DNA of 59,393 nucleotides, filler included. It is 3 parts of 3 records of this genome, joined end to end, with 100 filler letters (N's around TTAATTAATTAA, not from the genome) between each part and the next. Parts side by side here need not be neighbours in the genome. Positions count along the whole stretch, not along the records: positions 1 to 19,112 come from SRR31156797_8702; positions 19,213 to 39,974 come from SRR31156797_8705; 1 more part is not named here. One strand, 5' to 3'. The translations under genes and the position numbers were made by a program. The notes under the pieces are model-generated. The model did no database searches, was not told the origin of the DNA, and worked only from the letters and a program-made list of their open reading frames with translations. Shown one piece after another: positions 10,104-19,458 of the stretch (position 1 is its first letter; the number at the start of each line of letters is the position of its first letter).

Positions 10104-12942
10104 CCCGGGAACCACGAAGATTCTTCTCATCGGATGGGACAGTGCCGACTGGAAGGTGATCCACCCGCTCATGGACGCTGGCAAAATGCCCCACCTTCGG
10201 CGTCTCGTGGAGGAAGGGGTCATGGGCAATCTGGCCACACTCCATCCGGACCTTTCCCCCATGTTGTGGACCTCCATCGCCACGGGCAAACGGCCCTTCA
10301 AGCACGGCATATGGGGGTTTACCGAGCCGGACCCCCATGGACGGGGCATTCGACCGGTTTCCAGCCTTTCCAGAAAAACCAAAGCCATATGGAACATCCT
10401 TTCTCAAAAAGGGATGAAGTGCAATGTGGTGGGATGGTGGCCGTCCCATCCGGCTGAACCCATCAACTCCGTCATGGTTTCCAATTTGTACAAAGGTACC
10501 TACCCGCCGCTGGATAAGCCCTGGCCCATGCTGCCGGGGGCGGTACATCCTGAAAGACTGGTTCAAAACCTGGCAGACCTTCGGTGGCACCCCCAAAAAC
10601 TTGAAGCCGGGCACATCCTCCCTTTTGTGCCCCGGGCGGCAAAGATCGATCAGGACAAGGATCACAGGCTTGAGAGCATTGCAAAGATCATCTGCGACTG
10701 TTCGACCCTCCAGGCCGCTACCATGGCCCTCATGTACCATGAGCCCTGGGATTTCACGGCAGTCTATTTTGATGCCATCGATCATCTTTCCCACGGCTTT
10801 ATGCGTTACCACCCGCCCCGTCAACCCTGGATCCCGGAACAGGATTACGAAATATACAATCATGTGGTCAGCGCGGGGTATATCTACCACGACATGCTTC
10901 TGGGCAGACTGCTGAAACAGGCGGGGGAACACGCCACCGTAATTCTGGTATCGGATCACGGGTTTCAGTCGGATCATTTAAGGCCCAAACACGTTCCCAG
11001 AGAACCCGCCGGCCCGGCTGCACAGCACCGCACCTTCGGCATTGTGGCCATGAAAGGACCTGGAATCAAAAAGGACCAGATCGTGTTCGGCGCCACCTTG
11101 CTGGACATCTGCCCCACCATCCTCACATTTCTGGGGCTACCCGTGGGCCGGGACATGGATGGCCGCCCTTTGACGGATGCCTTTGAAAAAGCCCCCCCTA
11201 TCCAGATCATCGATAGCTGGGACCGGGTACCGGGAAACGACGGCATGCATCCGCCTGAAAAACGTATGGACCCATTGGATTCCCACGATACCATCAATCG
11301 GTTGGTGGCCCTCGGCTACATTGAAAAGCCGGACGAAAACCGTGAAAAAGCAGCCGCCCAAACCGCACGGGAATTGGACTACAATCTGGCCCGCTCCTAC
11401 ATGGACGCGGGCTTTTATTCCCACGCCGCAACCATCCTGGAAAAGCTCCTGGACCAATGGCCTGATGAGTACCGTTTCGGGATACAACTGGTCAATTGTT
11501 ACCTCACAGCCGGACGCATCAACCATGCCCGTCGTGTTCTGGAACAAACCCTGGAGAGGAAAAAGGAAAACGCTGCTTCGGCACGGAAAGAGCTCAAAGC
11601 GTTTTATGAGAAACACAAAAATGTAAATCCCTCCGATCTTACCGAAGCCCAGAAACGGGAACTGGAGCGAATTCGTGGCGAAGCTTCGCTCAATCCCTAT
11701 GCCGTGGCCTATCTAGAAGGATCGCTGGCACTTGCGGAAGGCGATGAAAAAAAGGCATTGACCCACCTTGAGGCAGCGGAGAAGGTGGACGTGGGGCAAC
11801 CGGGTTTGTTTATCAAACTTGGAGACGTCTATATCCGCATGAAGCAATGGGAGTCGGCGGAACGGTGTTTTCAAAAAGCGCTGAACCTGGATCCGGATAA
11901 CGCCGAGGCTTATCTGGGTTTATGCCGGATTATGCTTCCCAGAAGAAAAAACCGGGAGGGCTCGGAGGCGGCCCTCTCTTCCATCGGGCTGGTTTATCAC
12001 AATCCCAGGGCCCATTTCTTGTTGGGAGTTTCACTGCACCGCTTGGGTGAAATTCCTTTGGCAATAAAGGCCCTCAAAGTGGCCCTGTCACAAAATCCCT
12101 TTTTTCCGGAAGCCCACCGCCGTCTGGCCTATATTTACAAAAGACGGCTCAAGAACACCACCAAGGCTTTGGAGCATCGAAAACTGGCCAATGAGGCCGC
12201 CAAGCGGCTGCGGGAACTCAAAGCCGAAAGAAAAACGGCGCACCATCTGGCCGATCCTCTTCCACCGGTCATAACGGCTGAAAAAGAACAGGCTCCTGTG
12301 TCCCATGAATCCCGAAAAGCCTCGAAACCGCCTGAAGATCTGAGCCAAACCATTGTCATCGTGACCGGCCTTCCCCGCTCCGGAACTTCCATGATCATGC
12401 AGATGCTCAAAGCAGGCGGCCTGGCGCTTTTGACCGACGAAAAACGGACAGCGGATAAAGACAATCCCAAGGGCTACTTCGAATATGAACCGGTAAAGGG
12501 GATTCAGCGCCATGGCACCTGGCTTCACCAGGCAAAGGGGAAAGCCGTAAAGCTTGTGGCCCCTCTTTTAAAATACCTGCCCAAAGGTTTTTCATACCGG
12601 GTTATTTTCATTCATCGCAATCTCGATGAAGTAATCGCCTCTCAAAACAAAATGATTGAGCGCCAGTCCGGTTCACACCCATCAGCGGATCGTGAAAGAC
12701 TTGGTTATCTGTTCGAAAAGGAGCTGATTTCAGCAGAAAGCATGCTCAAACAGCGCGACATTGCAACACTTCATCTGGAGCATAAAAAAGCAATCGAAAA
12801 TCCCGCAAAAACTTCGGCCAGACTAAGAGATTTTCTGGATTACGGTTTGAAAGAAAAAGAAATGGCCAGGATCATCGATCCCAGCCTTTATCGCCAGAGG
12901 GCCATTACTGCTATTTCTAATTCAAACTCATCACATCCCTGA
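10090..12942 (+). CDS. Fusion protein: alkaline-phosphatase-superfamily (type I phosphodiesterase/NPP-like) domain + TPR repeats + PAPS-dependent sulfotransferase domain
   Basis: IGWDSAD, LSPMLWTSIATG, DHLSH, VSDHG metal/nucleophile motifs; RLVALGYI; TPR-like helices (KALNLDPDNAEAYLGL); IVTGLPRSGTS PSB loop, NPKGYFE, HRN..EV..SQ; no signal peptide. Confidence 0.85.
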   Translation: MTRNSPGTTKILLIGWDSADWKVIHPLMDAGKMPHLRRLVEEGVMGNLATLHPDLSPMLWTSIATGKRPFKHGIWGFTEPDPHGRGIRPVSSLSRKTKAIWNILSQKGMKCNVVGWWPSHPAEPINSVMVSNLYKGTYPPLDKPWPMLPGAVHPERLVQNLADLRWHPQKLEAGHILPFVPRAAKIDQDKDHRLESIAKIICDCSTLQAATMALMYHEPWDFTAVYFDAIDHLSHGFMRYHPPRQPWIPEQDYEIYNHVVSAGYIYHDMLLGRLLKQAGEHATVILVSDHGFQSDHLRPKHVPREPAGPAAQHRTFGIVAMKGPGIKKDQIVFGATLLDICPTILTFLGLPVGRDMDGRPLTDAFEKAPPIQIIDSWDRVPGNDGMHPPEKRMDPLDSHDTINRLVALGYIEKPDENREKAAAQTARELDYNLARSYMDAGFYSHAATILEKLLDQWPDEYRFGIQLVNCYLTAGRINHARRVLEQTLERKKENAASARKELKAFYEKHKNVNPSDLTEAQKRELERIRGEASLNPYAVAYLEGSLALAEGDEKKALTHLEAAEKVDVGQPGLFIKLGDVYIRMKQWESAERCFQKALNLDPDNAEAYLGLCRIMLPRRKNREGSEAALSSIGLVYHNPRAHFLLGVSLHRLGEIPLAIKALKVALSQNPFFPEAHRRLAYIYKRRLKNTTKALEHRKLANEAAKRLRELKAERKTAHHLADPLPPVITAEKEQAPVSHESRKASKPPEDLSQTIVIVTGLPRSGTSMIMQMLKAGGLALLTDEKRTADKDNPKGYFEYEPVKGIQRHGTWLHQAKGKAVKLVAPLLKYLPKGFSYRVIFIHRNLDEVIASQNKMIERQSGSHPSADRERLGYLFEKELISAESMLKQRDIATLHLEHKKAIENPAKTSARLRDFLDYGLKEKEMARIIDPSLYRQRAITAISNSNSSHP

Positions 12943-14845
12943 CTTTCCGGGACAATTCGTTCATTTTAAAAGGTTTTTGGATAAAATCGCTGCAACCTCG
13001 TTCCAGGACCTCCGCGACCTCCCGGTCCAAACCGTAACCAATTGAAAGAAGAACTTTTATTTTGGGGTTAACTTTGACAAGCCTGTCAAATGTTTCACTG
13101 CCTCCCATGCCGGGCATTGCCATGTCCAGGATAACCATATCAATGTGATGCCTTTTTTCCTCATAGATTTTCAAGGCGGATCTTCCGTCAGGGGCCGTCA
13201 TACAACAATAGCCCATCTCTTCCAACATCTGCTTTCCGGTGTCGCAAATCAATTCTTCATCCTCAACGAAAAGAATGGATCCTTTTCCGGTGGAAATTAT
13301 TTCCCTTGGATGATCCTCCGCCGGGAGTCGGTCTGCCGAGGCCGGAAGAAATATATCGAAAATTGAGCCTTTTCCCGGTTCGCTCTGAACGGTAATGATT
13401 CCGTTATGATCCCTGATTGTGCTGTAAGCGGAGGAAAGGCCCAAGCCCGATCCCATGCCGTCCTTTTTTGTGGAAAAAAAGGGGTCAAATATCCTTTCTT
13501 TAGTTTCTTTGTCCATCCCTTTTCCGGTGTCTTGAACCGATATCCTTACAAAATTCCGGCCACTCATTCCCAAGGAGCGCACCAAATTTGCATGGAGTGT
13601 GATATTTTCAGTTTCCAGAAATAAATCCCCACCGTTGGGCATGGCTTGCTGCGCATTCAGATAAAGGTTCAGGAAGACCTGTTCCAGCTGTCCCGTGTCT
13701 GCATTGACAATCCAGATGCCTTCCTGGTATTTTTGGTGGATCCTAACTTTATTATTGGTTCGTCCGAACATTCCGGAACTCTTTTGGATGATTTTGTTCA
13801 GATCTGTCGGTTTGACCTGGCACTCCCCGCCTTTGGCAAGTTCAACCAGTTGGGCTGTGAGCTGTGAGCCGTTTTGAAGATATTGTTCAATTGTTTTCAG
13901 GATATCGAGCTGTTCCCGGTTGAGGCCTTCTCCCAGCGTCAGCAACGAAATATTCCCCTGTATGGCCATCAGCAGATTGTTGAAGTTGTGGGTAATTCCA
14001 CCGGCGAGTGTGCTCAGTGCCTCCCTTTTTTTGGCCTGAATGAGTCGCTTTTCCATTAGACGTTTTTCGGTGACATCATCGAGTATGATGATCGAGCTAA
14101 ACGCTTCTTCACTTTTTACGGGAAGTATTTTTAGCATTACCTGGCGGCCATTTATATGGACCAGGCATTTCCGGTTAGCAGGCCCGGGTTCTCCCGGATT
14201 TCCAAATGCAGCCTTGACTTTAGGTTTATCGGTTTCAGAAAACAGGTCGAAGAAATCCGAGCCCAGCAACCGGCATTCGTGGGCACCGAACAGGGAGAGA
14301 CCCGCCTTGTTCACATAAATAATTTTACCTGTTGAAACAATTTCTAAAATCCCTTCATTCATAACTTCCATGATGGCTTCATAATGTTTCTCCACATTCA
14401 ACAACTCATCGATTATGGTTCTTGGAATAATCTTATTAGCACCGATCACTTCCCCGGTGGAACATCTCAAAGCGGTTGCATCCGGATGGTCGAGAACTTC
14501 TTGAACCGACTGCGCCATAAGCTCAATGGGCCCTTTGGCGATACAGGCATTGACCCCCAGCGCTTCAATATCGATTCGTTCTTCGGTAACCGTGGAGGAA
14601 AGGATCGCGAGGTAAGCATCCTTAAGCCTTTCAATGCCGCGTATGATCTTACATAATTTCTTTCCGTGGATATTGGGCATTACCAGGTCCAAAAAAATAA
14701 TATCCGGCGTGATCGTATCCAGAATATCCAGTGCGCAAAGGCCGTCTTCGGCTGTAAAGACTTCATATTTGTCAGGCGGTAGCACATCTTTGATAAATTC
14801 CAGCATGAACGGATCGTTATCAACCGCTAAGACCTTTTTGATCAT
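12917..14845 (-). CDS. Hybrid sensor histidine kinase (REC-PAS-HisKA-HATPase-REC), cytoplasmic
   Basis: N-terminal REC (VDND, FLDLVMP), H-box GGITHNFNNLL, N-box NLYLNA, DTGKGM, FDPFFSTK, GSGLGL, C-terminal REC (ILDMAMP, QKPF). Confidence 0.92.
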   Translation of the reverse strand: MIKKVLAVDNDPFMLEFIKDVLPPDKYEVFTAEDGLCALDILDTITPDIIFLDLVMPNIHGKKLCKIIRGIERLKDAYLAILSSTVTEERIDIEALGVNACIAKGPIELMAQSVQEVLDHPDATALRCSTGEVIGANKIIPRTIIDELLNVEKHYEAIMEVMNEGILEIVSTGKIIYVNKAGLSLFGAHECRLLGSDFFDLFSETDKPKVKAAFGNPGEPGPANRKCLVHINGRQVMLKILPVKSEEAFSSIIILDDVTEKRLMEKRLIQAKKREALSTLAGGITHNFNNLLMAIQGNISLLTLGEGLNREQLDILKTIEQYLQNGSQLTAQLVELAKGGECQVKPTDLNKIIQKSSGMFGRTNNKVRIHQKYQEGIWIVNADTGQLEQVFLNLYLNAQQAMPNGGDLFLETENITLHANLVRSLGMSGRNFVRISVQDTGKGMDKETKERIFDPFFSTKKDGMGSGLGLSSAYSTIRDHNGIITVQSEPGKGSIFDIFLPASADRLPAEDHPREIISTGKGSILFVEDEELICDTGKQMLEEMGYCCMTAPDGRSALKIYEEKRHHIDMVILDMAMPGMGGSETFDRLVKVNPKIKVLLSIGYGLDREVAEVLERGCSDFIQKPFKMNELSRKVRDVMSLN

Positions 14846-14941
14846 AAGACTCCCTCCATAGAAAACATTCTTACTCGATTCTGCTTCAGCGTCGCGTTGT
14901 TAACATTTAGATGAGTTGGGCTGAGGGTATTGACTGGAAAC

Positions 14942-14957
14942 AGCAATGAATGTGCCA
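14942..14957 (-). promoter_or_regulatory. sigma54 (-24/-12) promoter of the hybrid kinase gene
   Basis: Minus strand reads TGGCACATTCATTGCT, matching TGGCAC-N5-TTGCW, about 100 bp upstream of the ATG at 14845. Confidence 0.8.
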
Positions 14958-15066
14958 TTTGTGTGGATACCGGTATTGAAAAGCAGAAAGAGGTTTATTT
15001 TTGAGGACTAAACATCGGAAAGAAACGACGTGATGTAAGAAATGGACGGTTTGTTGGGTGAAAATA

Positions 15067-15104
15067 TGCACAAAAAAATATGCACGTGCCCAATTTTATG
15101 AGCA
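15067..15104. promoter_or_regulatory. Tandem putative enhancer (UAS) sites for a sigma54 activator
   Basis: TGCACAAAAAAATATGCA (15067-15084) and TGCCCAATTTTATGAGCA (15087-15104), both TGC-N12-GCA, about 110-150 bp upstream of the sigma54 promoter. Confidence 0.6.
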
Positions 15105-15159
15105 TTTTAACAGAAGTGGATTCAAGAAAGGCCTGGCGTGAACCGTTAAACCGGTTCAG

Positions 15160-16506
15160 TCAGATTTTGATATGGAGATCTTTGATTTTACCCAAAAGAG
15201 TATTTCGGTGAATTCCCAGAATTTCAGCAGCATGTTTTCGGCTTCCGCCGACACTTTCCATGATGTTTCCAACGTATTTCCTTTCAAATTCATTCACCGC
15301 ATCTTTCAGTTTCATCGGCGTGACGGCTCTGGAAACAACATCCCGGGATGAAATATCATCAATATCAATCACCTTCTTTCGTGTGATGGTGGCAAACCTT
15401 TCCACCAAGTTCTCAAGCTCCCTGACGTTTCCGGGCCAGTCATACACCATGAGAGAGTTCAGGGCCTTTTCGGAAAATTCCTGGATCTCCCTCCCCGTTT
15501 TTCTTGAATAGAGCGCCAAAAAATGGTTTAAGAGTAAGGGGATATCGCCTTTTCTATCTCTGAGTGGGGGGAGATTCACCGGAAAAACATTCAGGCGGTA
15601 GAAAAGGTCCTCGCGGAAATTCCCTTGGGATATGAGGGTTGGCAGGTTCTTATTGGAAGCCGCTACAAAACGGATGTCCACATTGATGAGTTTTGGGTTG
15701 CCAAGTCTCTCAAATTCTTTCTCCTGAATGACCCTGAGCAGTTTGCCCTGCATGGCGAATTCAAGGGTATCCACATCATCAAGAAATACGGTTCCCTTAT
15801 CCGCCAGTTCAAATTTTCCCACCGTGGTGCGGGTGGCTCCGGTAAACGCTCCCTTGGAATGTCCGAAAACTTCACTTTCCAGGAGCGTCGAAGGGATGGC
15901 GGCGCAATTCACCACTACAAAAGGATTGTTCTTTCGGGGACTTAAATTGTGAATCGCACGCGCTACCAGTTCCTTGCCCGTTCCGCTTTCCCCTTGAATC
16001 AGCGCTGCCCCGTCACTTTCAGCGATGGTGGATATAAACTGAAAAAGGTTGCGCATTGTTTCATTGTTACCCACCATCTTTTCAAAAGGCTTGTACCGTT
16101 CAAGTTCGCTCCTGAGGTATGTAACCTCCCGAACGAGACGACCTTTTTCAAGGGCGCGACCGATGATGGAGAGAACATCATCCACCACAAACGGCTTGAT
16201 GACATATTCGTATGCCCCAATCTTGATCGCTTTGACCGCCGTTTGAATCTGCTTCACAGCGGTTACCATGATGATTTCGGTATTGGGTTCCATTTCCTTG
16301 AGCTTTTTCAGGAGTGAAATTCCGTCCGTGTCGGGAAGGCGGATATCCATAAGAATCAGGTCGATACGATTCTTTTTAAAAATTTCCATGGCTTCTTCTC
16401 CGTTAGAAGCCAGAAGAACATGATAATCATCTTTTAAAACCATGTTGAAGGACTGTCGAACGCCGTTTTCGTCGTCTACCACAAGAATGGTTGTCCTTTT
16501 GCTCAT
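15160..16506 (-). CDS. NtrC-family sigma54-dependent response regulator (REC-AAA-Fis HTH)
   Basis: REC (VVDDE, LMDIRLP, KPF), GESGTGKE, GAFTGA, FREDLFYRLNV, WPGNVREL, AAEILGIHRNTL; Walker B reads LDDV instead of LDE. Confidence 0.95.
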   Translation of the reverse strand: MSKRTTILVVDDENGVRQSFNMVLKDDYHVLLASNGEEAMEIFKKNRIDLILMDIRLPDTDGISLLKKLKEMEPNTEIIMVTAVKQIQTAVKAIKIGAYEYVIKPFVVDDVLSIIGRALEKGRLVREVTYLRSELERYKPFEKMVGNNETMRNLFQFISTIAESDGAALIQGESGTGKELVARAIHNLSPRKNNPFVVVNCAAIPSTLLESEVFGHSKGAFTGATRTTVGKFELADKGTVFLDDVDTLEFAMQGKLLRVIQEKEFERLGNPKLINVDIRFVAASNKNLPTLISQGNFREDLFYRLNVFPVNLPPLRDRKGDIPLLLNHFLALYSRKTGREIQEFSEKALNSLMVYDWPGNVRELENLVERFATITRKKVIDIDDISSRDVVSRAVTPMKLKDAVNEFERKYVGNIMESVGGSRKHAAEILGIHRNTLLGKIKDLHIKI

Positions 16507-16604
16507 AATTTGCCCCGCTATGCTTCCTTATTTTTTCGAATGGGTGAAGAGAGAAATGGCCCGAGAATATTTCAGCCGGGAATTTATCAAAATTTCTCTC
16601 AAAA

Positions 16605-16622
16605 TGCACAAGAAATTATGCA
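16605..16622. promoter_or_regulatory. Putative enhancer (UAS) site, 16/18 identical to the site at 15067
   Basis: TGCACAAGAAATTATGCA versus TGCACAAAAAAATATGCA; about 87 bp upstream of a sigma54-like promoter. Confidence 0.6.
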
Positions 16623-16708
16623 ATCCTGAAAACCATTTCTATAATGGAAAAACGATTCCCGCTAGGAATCAGTGTATTCTCAAGGCTTTTTTCTTATTGT
16701 TATGAATT

Positions 16709-16724
16709 TGGCATGAGTATTGTA
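16709..16724 (+). promoter_or_regulatory. sigma54-like promoter of the acyltransferase-kinase operon
   Basis: TGGCATGAGTATTGTA: GG-N10-GT, with one mismatch in the -12 GC. Confidence 0.6.
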
Positions 16725-16778
16725 TAGAAAATGAAGCTTATCCGAATAAAAAGTAAATATTAGTTGGGAGGATTGGTT

Positions 16779-17759
16779 ATGAAAATAGATCTGAGTCGCT
16801 TCCTGCAGTCCAAATGCAACATGTTTATCTATTCAGTTTTCGGTTGGAACATGGCCAGGATATGGGTGTTTTTTTTTGGAAAGCTCTATTTTCACTTCAA
16901 CAAAAAGGAAAAACAGCGCATAGCGGATGCCGTATTGGAAAGTATGGGGAGCGGAAAAATAAGGCGCGATATGAGAAAACTTACTAAAAATGTGTTCAAG
17001 GGGATCTATTCCCATTACTATGAAAAACTTTTTATTGCTTATGAAAAACCTGAAAAGGCCATCCGTTTCATGAAACAAAATATCGTCGATAAGGATATGC
17101 ACAAATTGAGAACACTTCTTTCAAAGGGAAGGGGCGTCGTCCTTGTAACCGGCCACTACGGTGCCATTGAGTACATACCAACCCTTCTTGCCGCGCAAGG
17201 CTTTGATGTTTCCATGATCGCGAAATTCAAGACGCCTCAACTTAAACGGAAAGTACATGAACAGGCGGAAAAGTACGGTATCAGACTCATCGACGGCGCC
17301 AAAGCAGGGGGTGTACTGCGGGCGGCAGGTAGGGAACTGTTAGAAAACAGGGTTTTAATTACCCAATGTGATGAAATTGAGGAATGGCGGCCATCCAAAA
17401 AGGAAACCATGTCTTTTATGGGAAGGGCTACCGGTCTGGATAGAACCATCAACGTCATTCAAAAAAGGACCGGAGCTGAAATCATTTTCGGGGTTATCCA
17501 CCGGTATCATCTCGACAAATATGAACTGAAGATGCTGGACTACCCTGAAATTCTGTCACGGTTACAACAACCATATGGACTTTCCGTCGGTGAAGCGGTC
17601 TTAAAATTTCTTGAAAGATCCATTTACGCCAATCCCGAGCAGTGGTATCAATGGAAGAAATATTTCGCCATAGGATCCGGCGCGCCTCATGTTCGCGTAA
17701 AGAAGGATTTGCAGCAGGTCTATGCACCTGTTATGAAACCTCATTTCGGAAACGCTTAG
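16779..17759 (+). CDS. LpxL/HtrB-like (lysophospholipid acyltransferase superfamily) acyltransferase
   Basis: GRGVVLVTGHYGAIE (HxxxxE catalytic motif), FMG, NPEQWYQW C-terminal motif; GGAGGA RBS before the ATG at 16779. Confidence 0.8.
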   Translation: MKIDLSRFLQSKCNMFIYSVFGWNMARIWVFFFGKLYFHFNKKEKQRIADAVLESMGSGKIRRDMRKLTKNVFKGIYSHYYEKLFIAYEKPEKAIRFMKQNIVDKDMHKLRTLLSKGRGVVLVTGHYGAIEYIPTLLAAQGFDVSMIAKFKTPQLKRKVHEQAEKYGIRLIDGAKAGGVLRAAGRELLENRVLITQCDEIEEWRPSKKETMSFMGRATGLDRTINVIQKRTGAEIIFGVIHRYHLDKYELKMLDYPEILSRLQQPYGLSVGEAVLKFLERSIYANPEQWYQWKKYFAIGSGAPHVRVKKDLQQVYAPVMKPHFGNA

Positions 17760-17790
17760 ACAAATCCCTTATAAATGAACCGACTTCTGC

Positions 17791-19112
17791 ATGGAAAAAC
17801 AAGCGAGTTGTAGGAACACCAGACCCATCTTCGACTACCTGGAGGCATACCATGAAGGCGATCTCCGCGAACTGATCGGCCGCCTGCACCCCGAGATAGA
17901 TGGTCTTGATGATCCCATCGGGTTTTTGCGCGATGAAAATAACTGGGTTTCAACGGAAGTGGTCGTGAAACTGCTGGAAAGGGCGAAACGTGCGCTTGAG
18001 GATGATAGGGCTGCATACCACATCGGTAAATTTGCGGTAAAAAATGTTTCACTGGGGTATATTCAGAAAATTTTTGTAAAGGCCTTCTGGTCGTCCAAAA
18101 TGGGATTCAAGCATGTTCAAAAGATTAACGACAAGTTTAATCGAAGCAAAAGAGTGGAACTGGCTGCCATAGAAAGGGGCGGCGCCGTCATTCGTCTCCA
18201 CTGGGATTCAACTATGATTGTGTCAAAGGACATCTGCCTTTACAATCAGGCCATCTATACCTATATGCCGACCATCTGGTTGGGTAAACCCATGAAACTT
18301 GAAGAAACCCGTTGCTATTTTGAAGGAGATCCTTACTGCGAGTATCATATCACGTGGCCTTTCCAGAACTTGATTCGGGAATACCTTTCCCGGTATTTTA
18401 CTTCCCGGGCCATGTTGAAAGACATCATCGCCGAGCAGGAAAAGGACAAGGAAATCATTGAACAGAAATACGAGGAAGTGAACCGGCTCAATGTGGAACT
18501 CAACCAGAAAATCAGGCAACTGGTGGCCATTCAGGATACGGGAAAAGCCATCCTTTCCGTCCTGGATCTCCCCCAATTGCTTACGGTCATATTGAATATC
18601 CTGTCAAAAGTCTGCCGGCTTGAACGCGCTTTGATCATGCTCGTCGATGAAAATGGTCGATATCTGGAGTATATGCACAGCATCGGATTTGAGGGGGGCG
18701 TTCCCGAGAAAGTAAAATCTTATAAGGTTTCCATGGATCGCGTGAGCAATATTATTGCAAGGGTGGCCAATACCGGAAGATCGGAATATATTCCAAAGGT
18801 GAAGGGTTCGAAATTGAGCCGGGAAAACATCATCCTGGATCTCGGAAAGCCCAGTTCGGTATACGTTGTTCCCCTGATTACCCGGTCCAAAGTCATCGGC
18901 GTCATTGCCACGGATGCCGCTGATCGAGAGGGCGTACCGAAAGAGATTCGGGATACCATGGAAATTTTTTCTTCCCAGATTGCCATTGCCATTGAAAATG
19001 CACGGCTCTACAGCAAACTGAATGAACAGATGTCCGAATTGAAAAGATCCCATGCCCTGTTGAGCCGGGCAGAGAGATTTTCCTTTCTGGGCAATCTGGC
19101 GGCAAGGCTTGC
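17791..19112 (+). CDS. Cytoplasmic sensor protein (V4R/HNOB-like - coiled coil - GAF - start of HisKA), 3'-truncated by gap
   Basis: DENNWVS N-terminal motif; V4R-type Cys pattern DICLYN...ETRCYFEGDPYCEY; GAF ending IAIAIENARLY; AERFSFLGNLAARL leads into the H-box at the gap. Confidence 0.75.
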
Positions 19113-19212
19113 NNNNNNNNNNNNNNNNNNNNNNNNNNNNNNNNNNNNNNNNNNNNTTAATTAATTAANNNNNNNNNNNNNNNNNNNNNNNNNNNNNNNN
19201 NNNNNNNNNNNN
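19113..19212. other. Artificial contig linker (N44-TTAATTAATTAA-N44)
   Basis: 100-bp N spacer carrying a palindromic sequence with stops in all six frames; identical to 39975-40074. Confidence 0.99.
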
Positions 19213-19320
19213 TGGTACGGCTCAGGCTTCATCAGTCAGGCCAGATGGTGGGCCCTCGGCGCAATCTTCGGTGCCATATTCCTTGGAACGATGGTCATAT
19301 TGACATTGGTTTACATCTAA
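19213..19320 (+). CDS. C-terminal fragment of a DASS/CitT-type anion permease (not in the ORF track)
   Basis: Translates WYGSGFISQARWWALGAIFGAIFLGTMVILTLVYI*, matching the YGSGY..WW..G.IFG C-terminus of CitT/TtdT-like transporters; followed by a terminator. Confidence 0.7.
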   Translation, partial: WYGSGFISQARWWALGAIFGAIFLGTMVILTLVYI

Positions 19321-19343
19321 AACTTCCATCATACGTATAGTCC

Positions 19344-19374
19344 AAGGCCCGAAAGCATTTCTTTCGGGCCTTTT
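19344..19374 (+). terminator. Intrinsic terminator
   Basis: AAGGCCCGAAAG-cattt-CTTTCGGGCCTT followed by TT. Confidence 0.8.
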
Positions 19375-19458
19375 CAATCTGTATGCTATTGTTGACTCTC
19401 TTGGCGATTCAGGAGAGGAATAGGCACCTTGCGTCAACAAAAAAAACAGGGCCATTAC

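Noticed and set aside
19157-19168. TTAATTAATTAA palindrome inside N runs (also 40019-40030)
   Set aside because: Synthetic six-frame-stop linker used to concatenate contigs; not biological
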